64,000 bases of DNA from Chloroflexota bacterium (GTDB lineage Bacteria; Chloroflexota; Limnocylindria; Limnocylindrales; CSP1-4), in the NCBI GenBank assembly GCA_016191425.1, contig JACPOR010000021.1:84312-148311 (forward strand), written 5' to 3'. The notes beneath the pieces were generated by a model. It made no database searches. It had not been told where the DNA came from and saw nothing but the letters and a program-made list of their open reading frames with translations. Numbering within the stretch: the first letter of the stretch is position 1; each line of letters opens with the position of its first letter. Shown piece by piece: positions 33,837-45,824 of the stretch. The position numbers were made by a program, and so were the translations under genes.

Positions 33837-35897
33837 TCAGGAGTGGCCGCCGCGGAGTGTCGGCACGCGGCCGCGCAGCTCGCCTCGCACGACCTGCCGC
33901 GCGACGCCCGCGACGCGATCGACGGTGAAGCCGAACTCCTCGAAGATCGTCGGGGCGGGCGCAGATGCCCCGAAATGGTCGATCCCGAGGATCGCGCCGG
34001 CATCGCCCGCGTAGCGCTCCCAACCGAGGGACACGCCCGCCTCGATCGTGACCCTGGCCGCGACCGCTCGCGGCAGCACAGACTCCCGATACGCCTCGTC
34101 CTGGGCGTCGAACCGCTCCCAGCAGGGGAGTGACACGACCCGCGCCGGCGTCCCTTCCGCCTCGAGGGCCTCGGCCGCGCCCATCGCCAGCTGCAACTCG
34201 GAGCCGGTTGCAATGAGGATGACCGAGGGCACCCCGCCACCCGCCTCCAACGACGCAGGGCGGAGGACGTAGCCCCCGCGACGAAGGCCGTTCCGCGCCA
34301 GCTCCCCGGTGCCGGGCAGTGTCGGGAGCTTCTGCCGGGTCAGGGCGAGGGCGACGGGACCATCTTGTCGCTCCATGGCGAGTGCCCAGGCCGCGGCACC
34401 TTCGTTGGCGTCGCCCGGCCGGACAAACCACAGGTTCGGGATGGCGCGGAGCGCGGCGTAGTGCTCGACTGGCTCATGGGTCGGGCCATCCTCGCCCAGG
34501 CCAACGGAATCATGCGTCCAGACGTAGATGACATGGAGCCCGGCCAGCGCTGCCAACCGCACCGACGGACGCATGTAGTCGCTGAAGATCAGGAACGTCG
34601 CGGCGTACGGGATGAAGCCGCCGTGATAGGCGATGCCGTTCGCGACACCGCCCATGGCGTGTTCGCGGACGCCGAAGCGGAGGTTCCGCCCGGCCAGCTC
34701 GAACTCGAAATCGCCGGCACCCTTGATGTCGGTCAGGTTGGACTCCGAGAGGTCGGCGGCTCCACCGAAGAGCTCCGGTACGGGCTCGGCGAGCGCCGCG
34801 ATGGCCTGCTGGCTCGCCTGCCGCGTCGCGAAGTCCTCACCGATGGCGTACGTCTTCAGGCCTGCGTCCCAGCCATCGCGCAGGTCGCGGGCGAGTCGGC
34901 GCCGCAACTCGGCCGCCTCGGCCGGGAACGCGTCCGTATAGCGCGACATCCGCGCCTCCCATTCCTCGACCAGCGCCTCTCCCTCGGGAATGGCGGCCCG
35001 GAAGACATCGAGCGCGTCGTCCGGGACGAGGAACTGGGCATCAGGATCCCAGCCGTAGGCCTCCTTGGTCAGCCGGACCTCGTCCGGACCCAGGGGTGCA
35101 CCGTGAGCCTTCTGGCTGTCCTGCTTGTTCGGGCTGCCGAAGCCGATGTGGGTCCGTACCGCGATGAGCGACGGCCGCGCATCCCGATGCGCCGCCGAGA
35201 TGGCGGCCGAGATGGCGGCAACGTCGTTGCCATCCTCGACCCGGCTCGTATGCCACCGATACGCATCGAACCGGGCGAGGACATCCTCGGACCAGGCCAT
35301 GTCCGTGGGGCCGTCAAGCTGGATGTGGTTGTCGTCGTAGAGGACGATGAGCTTCCGGAGCACCAGGTGCCCGGCCAGACTCGCCGCTTCGGACGAGATG
35401 CCCTCCTGAAAGTCGCCGTCGCTCGCGAGGGCGTAGGTCCGGTGATCGATGACATCGTGGCCCGGCCGATTGAACTCGTGGGCCAGGCGCCGCTCGGCGA
35501 TCGCCATCCCGACGGCATTCGCGAATCCCTGCCCGAGGGGGCCCGTGGTCGCCTCGACCCCGGCGGTCAGCCCGTGTTCGGGATGGCCCGGCGTTCGCGA
35601 GCCCCACTGGCGGAACGACTTCAGATCATCGAGCGTGACGTCGTACCCGGTCAGATGCAGGAGGGAGTACAGGAGCATCGAGGCGTGTCCGGCGGACAGG
35701 ACGAATCGGTCGCGGTCCGGCCAGCCCGGCCGCGTGGGCGCATGACGGAGGAATCGCGTCCACAGGGCATAAGCCATCGGCGCCATGCCCATCGGCGCGC
35801 CCGGGTGCCCGGAATTCGCTTTCTGGACGCCGTCGATCGCCAGCGTTCGAATGGTGTTGATGGCCAGACGTTCAACATCGGGGCTCAGGTCGCGCAT
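33837..35897 (-). CDS. tkt: transketolase
   Basis: From [37 protein letters not shown]; also GDGDFQEG-type and GEDGPTHEP motifs. The upstream 92 codons of the track ORF are shadow. Confidence 0.9.
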   Translation of the reverse strand: MRDLSPDVERLAINTIRTLAIDGVQKANSGHPGAPMGMAPMAYALWTRFLRHAPTRPGWPDRDRFVLSAGHASMLLYSLLHLTGYDVTLDDLKSFRQWGSRTPGHPEHGLTAGVEATTGPLGQGFANAVGMAIAERRLAHEFNRPGHDVIDHRTYALASDGDFQEGISSEAASLAGHLVLRKLIVLYDDNHIQLDGPTDMAWSEDVLARFDAYRWHTSRVEDGNDVAAISAAISAAHRDARPSLIAVRTHIGFGSPNKQDSQKAHGAPLGPDEVRLTKEAYGWDPDAQFLVPDDALDVFRAAIPEGEALVEEWEARMSRYTDAFPAEAAELRRRLARDLRDGWDAGLKTYAIGEDFATRQASQQAIAALAEPVPELFGGAADLSESNLTDIKGAGDFEFELAGRNLRFGVREHAMGGVANGIAYHGGFIPYAATFLIFSDYMRPSVRLAALAGLHVIYVWTHDSVGLGEDGPTHEPVEHYAALRAIPNLWFVRPGDANEGAAAWALAMERQDGPVALALTRQKLPTLPGTGELARNGLRRGGYVLRPASLEAGGGVPSVILIATGSELQLAMGAAEALEAEGTPARVVSLPCWERFDAQDEAYRESVLPRAVAARVTIEAGVSLGWERYAGDAGAILGIDHFGASAPAPTIFEEFGFTVDRVAGVARQVVRGELRGRVPTLRGGHS

Positions 35898-35944
35898 GGA
35901 GCAGATCGTACCAACGGAACGCGCGAGACCGATACCATGACCCC

Positions 35945-36883
35945 ATGGCCGTCTTTCCCAGGCCCCGGGTCCTCGTTCTCGGCGATCTCGTCCTCGACGT
36001 CGTGCTGGCGCCGGAACGCGCCATCGAGACGGGGACGGACGTCCCGGGGACGGTCGGGATCCGGCAGGGTGGATCGGCAGCCAATACCGCCCGATGGCTG
36101 GCCCGACTGGGCGTGGACGTCCAGCTTGTCTGCGCCGTGGGACGGGACGGGGCCGGGCGCAGCCTTGTCGCACAGGTCAAGGGCGATGGCGTGCGCGTCC
36201 GGGCGGCACGGATCGCGGGCCAGCGGACCGGCCGTGTCGGCGTGCTCATCGCGTCCAGCGGTGAGCGTTCGTTCGTGGCGGATCGTCGGGCGGCGCTGGC
36301 CCTTCGACCCGATCACCTGAAGGCCGAGTGGTTCGCCCGCCTGGACCTGATCCACATGCCTGCCTACTCGCTGATGGGCGAGCCCATCGCGGCGACGGCT
36401 CGGGCTGCCGTCGCGATCGCCCGGGCGACATCGGGGGCGCAGGTATCCCTGGACCTCTCTTCGATCGGGCCGCTGTTGGCCCAGGGGCGTCGCGCGGCGC
36501 GCGAGCTCGTCGCCTCGGTGCGACCCGACGTCCTCTTCGCCACGGAATCGGAGGTCGAGGCGTTCCTGGGTCGGAACGCCGCTGATGGGATCCTCGAGCA
36601 TGCCGAGATCGCGGTGATCAAGCGTGGCTCGCTCGGCGCCCGCGTCGTGGCTCGGGGCAGGGCGGCCGAGCCGCTGCGCTTTGACGTCGCCACGCCACAG
36701 GTCAATGCCACTGACACAACTGGCGCGGGTGACGCGTTCAGCGCGGGCTTCATCACCGGCTGGTTGACGGCCCGAGCCGCCGGCCGACAGGCACCGGATG
36801 CGCTGCATCGCGCCACGCTGGCAGGCCACCGTGCGGCGACCCGGCAACTCACCACGTCGAAGCAGGAGCTCCCGCCCGGATGA
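35945..36883 (+). CDS. PfkB-family sugar/nucleoside kinase (likely pseudouridine kinase)
   Basis: VLGDLVLDV and [13 protein letters not shown] motifs; ATGA overlap with psuG. Confidence 0.75.
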   Translation: MAVFPRPRVLVLGDLVLDVVLAPERAIETGTDVPGTVGIRQGGSAANTARWLARLGVDVQLVCAVGRDGAGRSLVAQVKGDGVRVRAARIAGQRTGRVGVLIASSGERSFVADRRAALALRPDHLKAEWFARLDLIHMPAYSLMGEPIAATARAAVAIARATSGAQVSLDLSSIGPLLAQGRRAARELVASVRPDVLFATESEVEAFLGRNAADGILEHAEIAVIKRGSLGARVVARGRAAEPLRFDVATPQVNATDTTGAGDAFSAGFITGWLTARAAGRQAPDALHRATLAGHRAATRQLTTSKQELPPG

Positions 36884-37839
36884 CCTCGTCCCTCCGCGAT
36901 CGACTCACGCTGCTCCCGGAGGTCGACCACGCGCTCGCCACCGGAAGGCCCATCGTGGCACTCGAATCCACCCTGATCAGCCACGGTCTGCCGTATCCCC
37001 AGAACGTGGAGGTTGCCCGGGCATCCGAAGCCGCCGTGCGCGGAGCCGGTGCGGTGCCGGCCACGATCGGCATCCGGGACGGCCGGGTCCTCATCGGACT
37101 GGACGACGACGCCCTCGATGGGCTTGCGACTGCGCCGTCCGGGACGGTATTCAAGGCTGCCCGCCCGAGCCTGTCGGCGGCGCTGAGCCGCACCGGCTGG
37201 TCGGCGACGACGGTCTCGGCCACGATGATCGCGGCACACGCGGCAGGAATCCGCGTGTTCGCGACCGGCGGGATTGGTGGGGTCCATCGCGGGGCGCTCG
37301 GCGGACCGGACGCGATCCACCGGCCCACCTTCGATATCTCGTCGGATCTTGAGGAGCTGGCGAGGACGCCGATGGTCGTTGTCTGTGCCGGCCCGAAGGG
37401 CATCCTCGATGTCGCCGCGACGCTCGAGGTCCTGGAGACCCGCGGCGTGCCGGTGGTGGCGGTGGGCCAGGCCGAGCTGCCCGGCTTCACCGCACGATCG
37501 GCGGGCATCCGCGCGCCATGGAGCGTGCCCGACGTCGCCGCGGCGGCGGCGCTCGCGGCGACGCACCTCGCCCTGGACCTGGGCAGTGGGATCGTCATCT
37601 GCGTCCCGGTTCCCGCCGACGTGGCGCTCCCAGACGACGTTGCCCGGGCCGTCGCCGAGCGTGCCGCCCACGAGGCGGACGAGGCCGGCGTCCATGGACC
37701 CGCCCTCACGCCGTGGCTCCTCGCCAGGATCGCCGAGATCACGGATGGCGCGTCGGTGCGAGCCAACACGGCCCTGATCGTGAACGATGCTCGCATCGCC
37801 GGACAGATCGCCGTCCGTCTGGCGCAGGTCCCCGGCTGA
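36880..37839 (+). CDS. psuG: pseudouridine-5'-phosphate glycosidase
   Basis: IVALESTLISHGLPYPQN and TGGIGGVHRG are IndA/PsuG motifs. Confidence 0.85.
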   Translation: MTSSLRDRLTLLPEVDHALATGRPIVALESTLISHGLPYPQNVEVARASEAAVRGAGAVPATIGIRDGRVLIGLDDDALDGLATAPSGTVFKAARPSLSAALSRTGWSATTVSATMIAAHAAGIRVFATGGIGGVHRGALGGPDAIHRPTFDISSDLEELARTPMVVVCAGPKGILDVAATLEVLETRGVPVVAVGQAELPGFTARSAGIRAPWSVPDVAAAAALAATHLALDLGSGIVICVPVPADVALPDDVARAVAERAAHEADEAGVHGPALTPWLLARIAEITDGASVRANTALIVNDARIAGQIAVRLAQVPG

Positions 37840-37912
37840 CCGCACCGTGGGGTCAGCCGTGCCCGAAGGCTCGTCGCTCCCGATAGCTGCCGCGCCGCCC
37901 TCGGCGGCGGTG

Positions 37913-38929
37913 ATGCCACCCCTCGCCATTGAGGTGCGCGGAATCCGACGCGTCTACTCGGCCAAGCCGGCGCCCGTCGTTGCCCTCGACCGCGTGGACC
38001 TGCATGTTGCGCCCGGAGAGTTCTTCGGCCTCCTCGGCCCGAACGGCGCCGGCAAGACCACCCTCATCAAGATCCTGACCACGCTGCTCCTGCCCTCGGC
38101 AGGTACGGCGCGGGTCTTCGGCTTCGACGTCGAACGCGACACCAAGAAGATCCGGCGAATCATGAACATGGTGGCCGGGGGCGAGCAGTCCGGCTACGGG
38201 ATCCTCACCGTCCGGGAACAGCTGTGGATGTTCACCCAGTTCTACGGACTGGCCGGGGGCGATGGCTGGCGCCGGGTCGACGAGCTCATCGAGGCCGTCG
38301 GCCTCACCGAGCAACGCATCCAGCGGGTCAGCACCCTGTCGACCGGCCAGCGCCAGAAGATGAACCTGGCGCGCGGGCTCCTCAACGACCCGTGGATCCT
38401 CTTCCTGGATGAGCCCACGCTGGGCCTGGACGTATCCGCCGCACGATCCCTGCGCGAGTTGATCGTCGACTGGAAGCGCGCCGTGCCCGGCCGAACCATC
38501 CTTCTCACGACCCACTACATGGCCGAGGCGGACGAGCTCTGCGACCGCATCGCGATCGTCGATCACGGCCGGATCCTCGCCATCGGTTCGCCCGACGAGC
38601 TGAAGCGACGCGTCCAGCGCGAATCGATCTTCCGTCTCGAACTCGATCACCTCGACGGCGGTGTCGCGACCCTGGTGCGCCTGCCCGGCGTCGTGAGCGC
38701 GAGCGAGGCGGCCGGCGCCATCGATGCGGCAACGCGCCAGACCGTGGTCATGAACCTGGTTCTGGAGGACGACGGGGTGCTCGGTCAGGTCGTGGGCGCG
38801 CTGGCCAGGACCGGGTCCGAGATCCTGGGCCTGCGGAAGTCCGAGCCGACCCTCGAGGATGTCTTCGTGGAGCTCGTCGGCCGGGGGTTCGCGGAATCGG
38901 ATGCCGAAGCTGCCGGGAAGGCCGGCTGA
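37913..38929 (+). CDS. ABC transporter ATP-binding protein (ABC-2/DrrA-like)
   Basis: GLLGPNGAGKTT, LSTGQRQK and ILFLDEPTLGLD motifs. Confidence 0.9.
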   Translation: MPPLAIEVRGIRRVYSAKPAPVVALDRVDLHVAPGEFFGLLGPNGAGKTTLIKILTTLLLPSAGTARVFGFDVERDTKKIRRIMNMVAGGEQSGYGILTVREQLWMFTQFYGLAGGDGWRRVDELIEAVGLTEQRIQRVSTLSTGQRQKMNLARGLLNDPWILFLDEPTLGLDVSAARSLRELIVDWKRAVPGRTILLTTHYMAEADELCDRIAIVDHGRILAIGSPDELKRRVQRESIFRLELDHLDGGVATLVRLPGVVSASEAAGAIDAATRQTVVMNLVLEDDGVLGQVVGALARTGSEILGLRKSEPTLEDVFVELVGRGFAESDAEAAGKAG

Positions 38930-39816
38930 TGGCCGGCATCATCGATCTCGTCGGGCGGGCGGGCATCGGGCCACACGAGGCGGCGGACTGGAGTCGTCGC
39001 CAGGAGCTGATGACGGACCTCCGATCGGTGCGCGGGCGGGCCTACCCCCGCGTCATCGGGCTGGCGCGCGAACCGTCGTGGGTGCTGTTCGAGATCCTCC
39101 TGCCGTTCCTCGCCACGGCGGCGTTCGTGTTCGTGTACCGCGCCATCGGCGCGCCGCAGGAGTACGTCGGGTTCGTGGTCCTCGGCGGGGCCCTCACCGC
39201 GTTCTGGCTCAACGTGATCTGGATGATGGCCAACCAGCTGTACTGGGAGAAGAGCCAAGGCAACCTGGAACTCTATTTCGCCGCCCCGATGCACTTCATG
39301 TCGATCCTCTTCGGGATGGCCATCGGCGGCATCGTCATGAGTACGACCCGCGCCGCCACCGTCCTGCTGATCGCCGGTCTGGTCTTCGGGGTCACCTTCA
39401 GCGTCGACCAGTGGGCTCTCCTGCTCGGGGTGTTCCTGCTCACGCTCGCTGCGCTGTACGGACTCGGCATGGTCCTGGCGAGCCTCTTCCTCGTCTGGGG
39501 GCGCGAGGCCTGGCACATGGGCCAGATGCTGACGGAGCCGGTCTATTTCGTATCGGGCCTGAACTTCCCGGTGGCCCGCCTCGGGTTCCTCGGCGCGCTC
39601 TCGGTGGCCTTCATCCCGCTCGCGACGGGGCTCGACGCGATGCGTCAGCTCGCCTTCACTGATGCGGCATTTCCGCTCGGAACGCCAGACCCCCTCCTCG
39701 AGGTCGCGATCCTGACGGTGATGACAGTCGTCTCGATCCTCGCCGCACGCTGGATGCTGATCACCATGGAGCGACGCGCCCGACGCGATGGGCGCCTCTC
39801 GATTCGATGGCAGTGA
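38929..39816 (+). CDS. ABC-2 type transporter permease
   Basis: Six hydrophobic spans; TGATG overlap with the ATPase gene. Confidence 0.75.
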   Translation: MAGIIDLVGRAGIGPHEAADWSRRQELMTDLRSVRGRAYPRVIGLAREPSWVLFEILLPFLATAAFVFVYRAIGAPQEYVGFVVLGGALTAFWLNVIWMMANQLYWEKSQGNLELYFAAPMHFMSILFGMAIGGIVMSTTRAATVLLIAGLVFGVTFSVDQWALLLGVFLLTLAALYGLGMVLASLFLVWGREAWHMGQMLTEPVYFVSGLNFPVARLGFLGALSVAFIPLATGLDAMRQLAFTDAAFPLGTPDPLLEVAILTVMTVVSILAARWMLITMERRARRDGRLSIRWQ

Positions 39817-40757
39817 GCGCAACGTCGGCGCCCGTCCCGGCCCCGGCGCGGTTCGATTTCGCGAAGGCGGAGGGAAACGGGATCCGCGACTTCCTGCGGA
39901 CGTTCGCGGTCGCGGTTCGGCTCGGCTGGCAGCTCGAGGCAAACTGGACGGACCCGTTGCTCTTCTTCATCTACTCCGTGGCCAAGCCCGTCAGCTCGGC
40001 GCTGATCCTCGTCGTCATGCTGGAAGTCATCGGCGGTCCGTCCGGCCGGGCCTTCCGGCCCTTTGTCGTGGTCGGCAGCGCCCTCTGGTCCTTCGTCGTG
40101 AGCGGCATCGCCGGGTTGGCCTTCTCGATCCTCGAGGACCGCGAACGCTTCCGCATGCTGAAGTACGTCTACGTGAGCCCCAGCGACTTCCTGACCGTCC
40201 TCGTCGGGCGCGGGGTCGCCCGAGTCGGCGTGGGCCTCGCGGGAGCCGCGATCACGGTTGCCGTCGGGGTGGTTGTGCTCGGCGTGCCCTTCGACCTCGG
40301 CAGCGTGAACTGGCCGCTCTTCGTGACCGTGTTCCTGCTCGGGCTCTGGTCCATCGTCGCCGTCGGTCTCCTGATGGCCGGGGTCGTCATCCAGACGCGC
40401 CAGGAGTCGTGGAGCTACCCGGAAGCATTCGCAGGCGCGCTCTTCCTCGTCGCGGGAGCGGTCTTCCCGCTCGCCGTCCTGCCTGCCCTCGTGCAGGTCA
40501 TCGGCCTGCTCACCCCGCTCAGCTGGTGGATCGCCGGCATTCGCGAGGCGCTGTTCCCCGGAGGCCCCGGTTCGATCGGCGGCGCAGGGTCGGTGTTCGC
40601 CGGGGCATTCGGGCACGCGCAACCCGGACCTCTGGAGATCGTTCTTGCCTTGATGGCCACGGGAGCCATCGCTACACTCGGCGCAGTGGCCGTGTTCAGG
40701 GTGAGCGACCGGCGTGCGAAGCAGGCCGGCCTCTACGACCGGACGACCGGCTCCTGA
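39807..40757 (+). CDS. ABC-2 type transporter permease (second subunit)
   Basis: Six hydrophobic spans; overlaps the previous permease by 10 nt. Confidence 0.75.
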   Translation: MAVSATSAPVPAPARFDFAKAEGNGIRDFLRTFAVAVRLGWQLEANWTDPLLFFIYSVAKPVSSALILVVMLEVIGGPSGRAFRPFVVVGSALWSFVVSGIAGLAFSILEDRERFRMLKYVYVSPSDFLTVLVGRGVARVGVGLAGAAITVAVGVVVLGVPFDLGSVNWPLFVTVFLLGLWSIVAVGLLMAGVVIQTRQESWSYPEAFAGALFLVAGAVFPLAVLPALVQVIGLLTPLSWWIAGIREALFPGGPGSIGGAGSVFAGAFGHAQPGPLEIVLALMATGAIATLGAVAVFRVSDRRAKQAGLYDRTTGS

Positions 40758-40811
40758 GGCCATGCGACCCCGTGAGGCCAGTCGGTCCCGCCGCTCGCAT
40801 CAGGAGAAGAC

Positions 40812-41342
40812 ATGCGGATCTACGACGGCAGCCCTCGCCAGGATTTTGCAGAGGTTCTCCGTTCGATCGGCGCGTACCTTGACCAGCGCGGGATGAAGGA
40901 CGTCCTGGTGATGGAGGCCCCCGATGGCTACATCGTCCAGGGGGTGACCCGCGTGGGAGCCACCACCAGCACCTGGTCCGAATCGATGGGTCAGATCGTC
41001 AAGGAAACGATGACCTTCCTCGATGACGACATCGGCCGGTTCATGGACGAATCGATCGCCCGTCGGGGAACCGGTCCGCAGGAGCAGCTCCCGCCGCCCG
41101 GACGGTACGAGCATGCCCTCCGCGTCATCGGCCACTATATCGACGAACAGAAGCCCAGGGACATCTTCTTCTTCGAACAGGACGGCGCCTTCGTCGTACG
41201 CCTGCACAATGGTTCGCAGGCTGGTGCCCTCCATGCGCTCGTCGAGTTCACGCGGGAGGACGTCGAAGCGCTCATCACCAGGGGACCGACCTTCCGCCTC
41301 CCTCCCCGACCGACCGGGCCGGACGGGGCAGCCAGTTCCTGA
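40812..41342 (+). CDS. hypothetical protein with an internal two-fold repeat
   Basis: Two similar halves: ..FAEVLRSIGAYLDQRGMKDVLVMEAPDGYIVQG..TFLDDDIGRFMDE and ..YEHALRVIGHYIDEQKPRDIFFFEQDGAFVVRL..EFTREDVEALITR. Protein-like composition; no family recognised. Confidence 0.6.
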   Translation: MRIYDGSPRQDFAEVLRSIGAYLDQRGMKDVLVMEAPDGYIVQGVTRVGATTSTWSESMGQIVKETMTFLDDDIGRFMDESIARRGTGPQEQLPPPGRYEHALRVIGHYIDEQKPRDIFFFEQDGAFVVRLHNGSQAGALHALVEFTREDVEALITRGPTFRLPPRPTGPDGAASS

Positions 41343-41373
41343 ACCAGCCACCACGCTTGCGGAGGACATCGCC

Positions 41374-41529
41374 ATGCGCGCACTCAAGACCGTCGCCGTC
41401 GCCCTCGGGATCACCCTTGGTGCACTCGTCGTCATCCCGCTGATCGTGCTGGCCGGACTGTTCGTCTGGCTGAAGCTGACCGAAGAGGACGACGAGGATT
41501 CGCTCGAGCTCGACCAGGACGGCGCCTGA
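41374..41529 (+). CDS. small membrane protein (51 aa) with acidic tail
   Basis: GGAGGA lies 8 nt upstream of the ATG. MRALKTVAVALGITLGALVVIPLIVLAGLFVWLKLTEEDDEDSLELDQDGA. Confidence 0.5.
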   Translation: MRALKTVAVALGITLGALVVIPLIVLAGLFVWLKLTEEDDEDSLELDQDGA

Positions 41530-41589
41530 TTCGAAGGCCCGCCGCCCGGCGCGAACGAGGCGCCCGCCGGGATACCGGTGGGCGTCGGT

Positions 41590-41778
41590 GTACCCACGCC
41601 ACGATTGGATGTGCCGACGCCGCGGAAGGCTCTGCCCACGGGACTGAATGCCGTATACACGCAACCGAAGGCCGTACACACGCGACCGAAGGCTGTGCCC
41701 ACGCCGCGGAAGGCCGTACACACGCGACCGAAGGCTCTTGCCGCGCAACGAAACGGTCTGCCCACGCCCGACGACGGC
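41590..41778. repeat. degenerate 21-nt tandem repeat x9, ending flush at the ATG of the EamA gene
   Basis: Nine consecutive 21-mers were parsed, e.g. gtgccgacgccgcggaaggct / gtacacacgcgaccgaaggct (x2) / gtgcccacgccgcggaaggcc. In the EamA frame they read as heptads (VPTPRKA / VHTRPKA ...). Confidence 0.9.
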
Positions 41779-42668
41779 ATGCCGGAGCATCCTTCCGTGC
41801 CTGACGTCACCGTTGCGCCTTTGCGACTGCCGGGCGATCGGCGCAAGAGCAGGGCCTGGTTCGCTTCCCATCGCGCGGCCGAGCTGGGCGTGTTGGTGGT
41901 GGTTGTCGCGTGGGCGGCCAACTTCATCGTCGTCAAGGCCGCGAACCGGGAGATCGCGCCCATCGCCTTCGCATTCATCCGTTTCTCCTTCTCGGCGCTG
42001 CTCCTTCTCGCGCTGGTGCGCTGGCGCGAGGGCTCGATTCGGATGTCGATCCGGCAGGTCGCCCCGATCCTCGCCTTGGGCGCCATCGGGTTCGGGTTCT
42101 ATCAGATGCTCTGGTCGACGGCACTCCAGACGATCCCGGCGGGCGACTCGGCGTTCCTGATTGCCGGGACGCCGGTGTTCACCGCGCTGTTCGCATCCGT
42201 TGCCGGCTCCGATGTCCTTACCCGTCGCAAGCTGGCGGGGGCGCTTGTCTCCTTCGCCGGGGTCGGCATCGTCGTGGCCGGCGGCCCGGGTCTCGGCCTG
42301 GCTGCGTCTCTTCTCGGCGATACGCTGACGCTGCTTGCCGCCGCCTGCTGGGCGATCTACTCATCCTGGGGCGCGCCGGTCCTGCGCCGTCATTCACCGC
42401 TCCGGACCACCGCATGGGCGATGGTCGGGGGCAGCCTGGTGCTCGCTCCGATCGGGCTGATCCAGGCGGCCGCGACTGACTGGGGATCGGTGAGCCCCGG
42501 AGCCTGGGCGGGGTTCGCCTATTCGAGCTGGGGGCGGCCTTCCTGTCGGAGGCGGTCCAGCCGGCCCAGCTGGCGGGTGGCGCGGTGATCATCATCGGGG
42601 TGACGGTCACGCGGGCCTTGCGGATCCCGGGCGTGTCCGGTCGCTTCTCGACCCGTCGGATCGCTTGA
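41779..42668 (+). pseudogene. EamA/DMT-family transporter with internal deletion and frameshift
   Basis: The first frame gives a normal EamA N-half and the start of the second half, up to AWAGFAYSS. At about 42525 the protein-like sequence continues only in the +1 frame: LFELGAAFLSEAVQPAQLAGGAVIIIGVTVTRA, a typical EamA C-terminus with stop at 42666..42668. Roughly two TM helices are missing in between. Confidence 0.5.
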
Positions 42669-42830
42669 TCCCGAGCCTGACGTGCCGGGTACTCACCCTG
42701 CGGGTGGTAGGTGGATGTCCGTCCGCATCACGACCTCCTGCGGGCACGTCACGTGCACCTCCACGCTCGGCGCGGCGCACGACACCGGAGGCGAGGGGCC
42801 AACAGCAGCGCGCACGGACGCCTACGACTC

Positions 42831-42910
42831 GTCCCAGGAGTGAATGGCATGTCCCAGGAGTGGCAGGCATGTCCCAGGAGTGAATGGCATGTCCCAGGAG
42901 TGAATGGCAT
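42831..42910. repeat. 20-nt tandem repeat x4 (GTCCCAGGAGTGAATGGCAT)
   Basis: Four adjacent copies; the second is variant (..tggcaggcat). Confidence 0.9.
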
Positions 42911-42976
42911 GCCGTGCCCCGGTCGCTGATCGCGTAAGGGTCGCAAGCGGACCTCCGACCCGTGCCGCCCGCTCGT

Positions 42977-43195
42977 TCAATTCTCGTGTCGAGACGCCTC
43001 CCGGCCGTTGGCCTTCAAGCGTCCGCCGCAGGGGCAGCCGGTCGGGATCGGGAGGGCCGTCTCGAGCACCCGCACGAGTTCGGCCCACAGCGCCTGGCCG
43101 GCCTCGGCCAGAGCGGCGTCGATCGCCCGCTCGAGCGAGCCCAGATCAGCATGCTCGGCGCGCAGGGTCACGGTCAACGGCACGGTATGCTCCAT
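42977..43195 (-). pseudogene. possible N-terminal fragment of an ISKra4-like transposase
   Basis: MEHTVPLTVTLRAEHADLGSLERAIDAALAEAGQALWAELVRVLETALPIPTGCPCGGRLKANGRE... then a stop. The helical N-terminus followed by a CxCGG zinc knuckle resembles the beginning of ISKra4-type transposases. This is from memory only, and the catalytic domain is absent. Confidence 0.3.
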
Positions 43196-43362
43196 CAGAG
43201 CCCTCCGGCTGCTGGTTGTATTCAACAGCCCCAGCGTACCGACGGGCTCATTCCCTGACCGCTCGCTCCAGCACAGACGTTCGGATGCATGCGACACCGA
43301 GCCGCCGCATTGCCCCGGGACCCGTCTTCCGGTAGCATTGGAAAAACCCCCGGAGGTCTTGA

Positions 43363-45162
<1,800 letters not shown>

Positions 45163-45824
45163 TCTGGCTTGGCGTTTTCCGCGATGCGTGGCCGCGTAGG
45201 CACGCGAGGCCAGCTCGCGCGCCCTGTGACGGATGGCGCTCGGCCCCGTTGGGCGCTTGGCGTGGTCGCCCGGAGTCCGACGGGGTGGGTCTCAGCTGGA
45301 CAGGCCGCCCCCAGATACTCACGCAGCGAGTGGTAGGAGGTCGTGTGGCCAAGACTGTGCACACGGTCAGCGTGATTCGTGCTTGCGCGGGCAGACATAG
45401 GTGCCGATCCCCACGCTTCCGAGCGCCCAACACCCACACAGAGAGTGTCTGGGGCAATGACGCAGCTCACACGGGCTGAGGCGCCCGGCTCGGCTCCTAA
45501 TCGAAACGCCCAGCCGCTCGAGGACGTCCGGATGCAAGAGGTCTATGGCGGCGCTCGCAGCTCCGTGAACACGATCCTCGTTGTTCAGGCCGATCGTCCC
45601 GGGCGAAGGACCGTGATCCTCATGCGCCAGGCAGCCGGATTCTGAGCGGGGCTGGTTCGGCGGCCGAGCGGTAGAATCGCGCCGCCGTCGAATCGACCCC
45701 ATCAGGTCCCGGTGCAGCCAGGAGTCCGACCGGAAACCGCCACCGCCAGGCGAGGCGACATCCGTCGCCCGGCCCAGGCGAGCATCCGCCCAGAGGCACC
45801 AAGGATCAGGAGTTCGAACCCACC

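Noticed and set aside
42720-42760. Near-palindrome GGGCACGTCACGTGCACC as a possible operator.
   Set aside because: It is a single occurrence, imperfect, and lies in a region with no intact downstream gene.
45290-45400. ..RVHSLGHTTSYHSLREY.. on the reverse strand as the C-terminal catalytic LGH...Y box of a tyrosine recombinase remnant.
   Set aside because: Only the LGH tripeptide and a roughly placed Tyr match, and the upstream R-H-R boxes are absent. This is too weak to annotate.
45640-45710. tRNA- or tmRNA-like look of GGGGCTGGTTCGGCGGCCGAGCGGTAGAATCGCGCCGCCGTCGAATCGACCCC.
   Set aside because: I could not fold a cloverleaf: there is no matching acceptor stem and no proper T-loop GTTCRANYC context. 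The resemblance is limited to short words.
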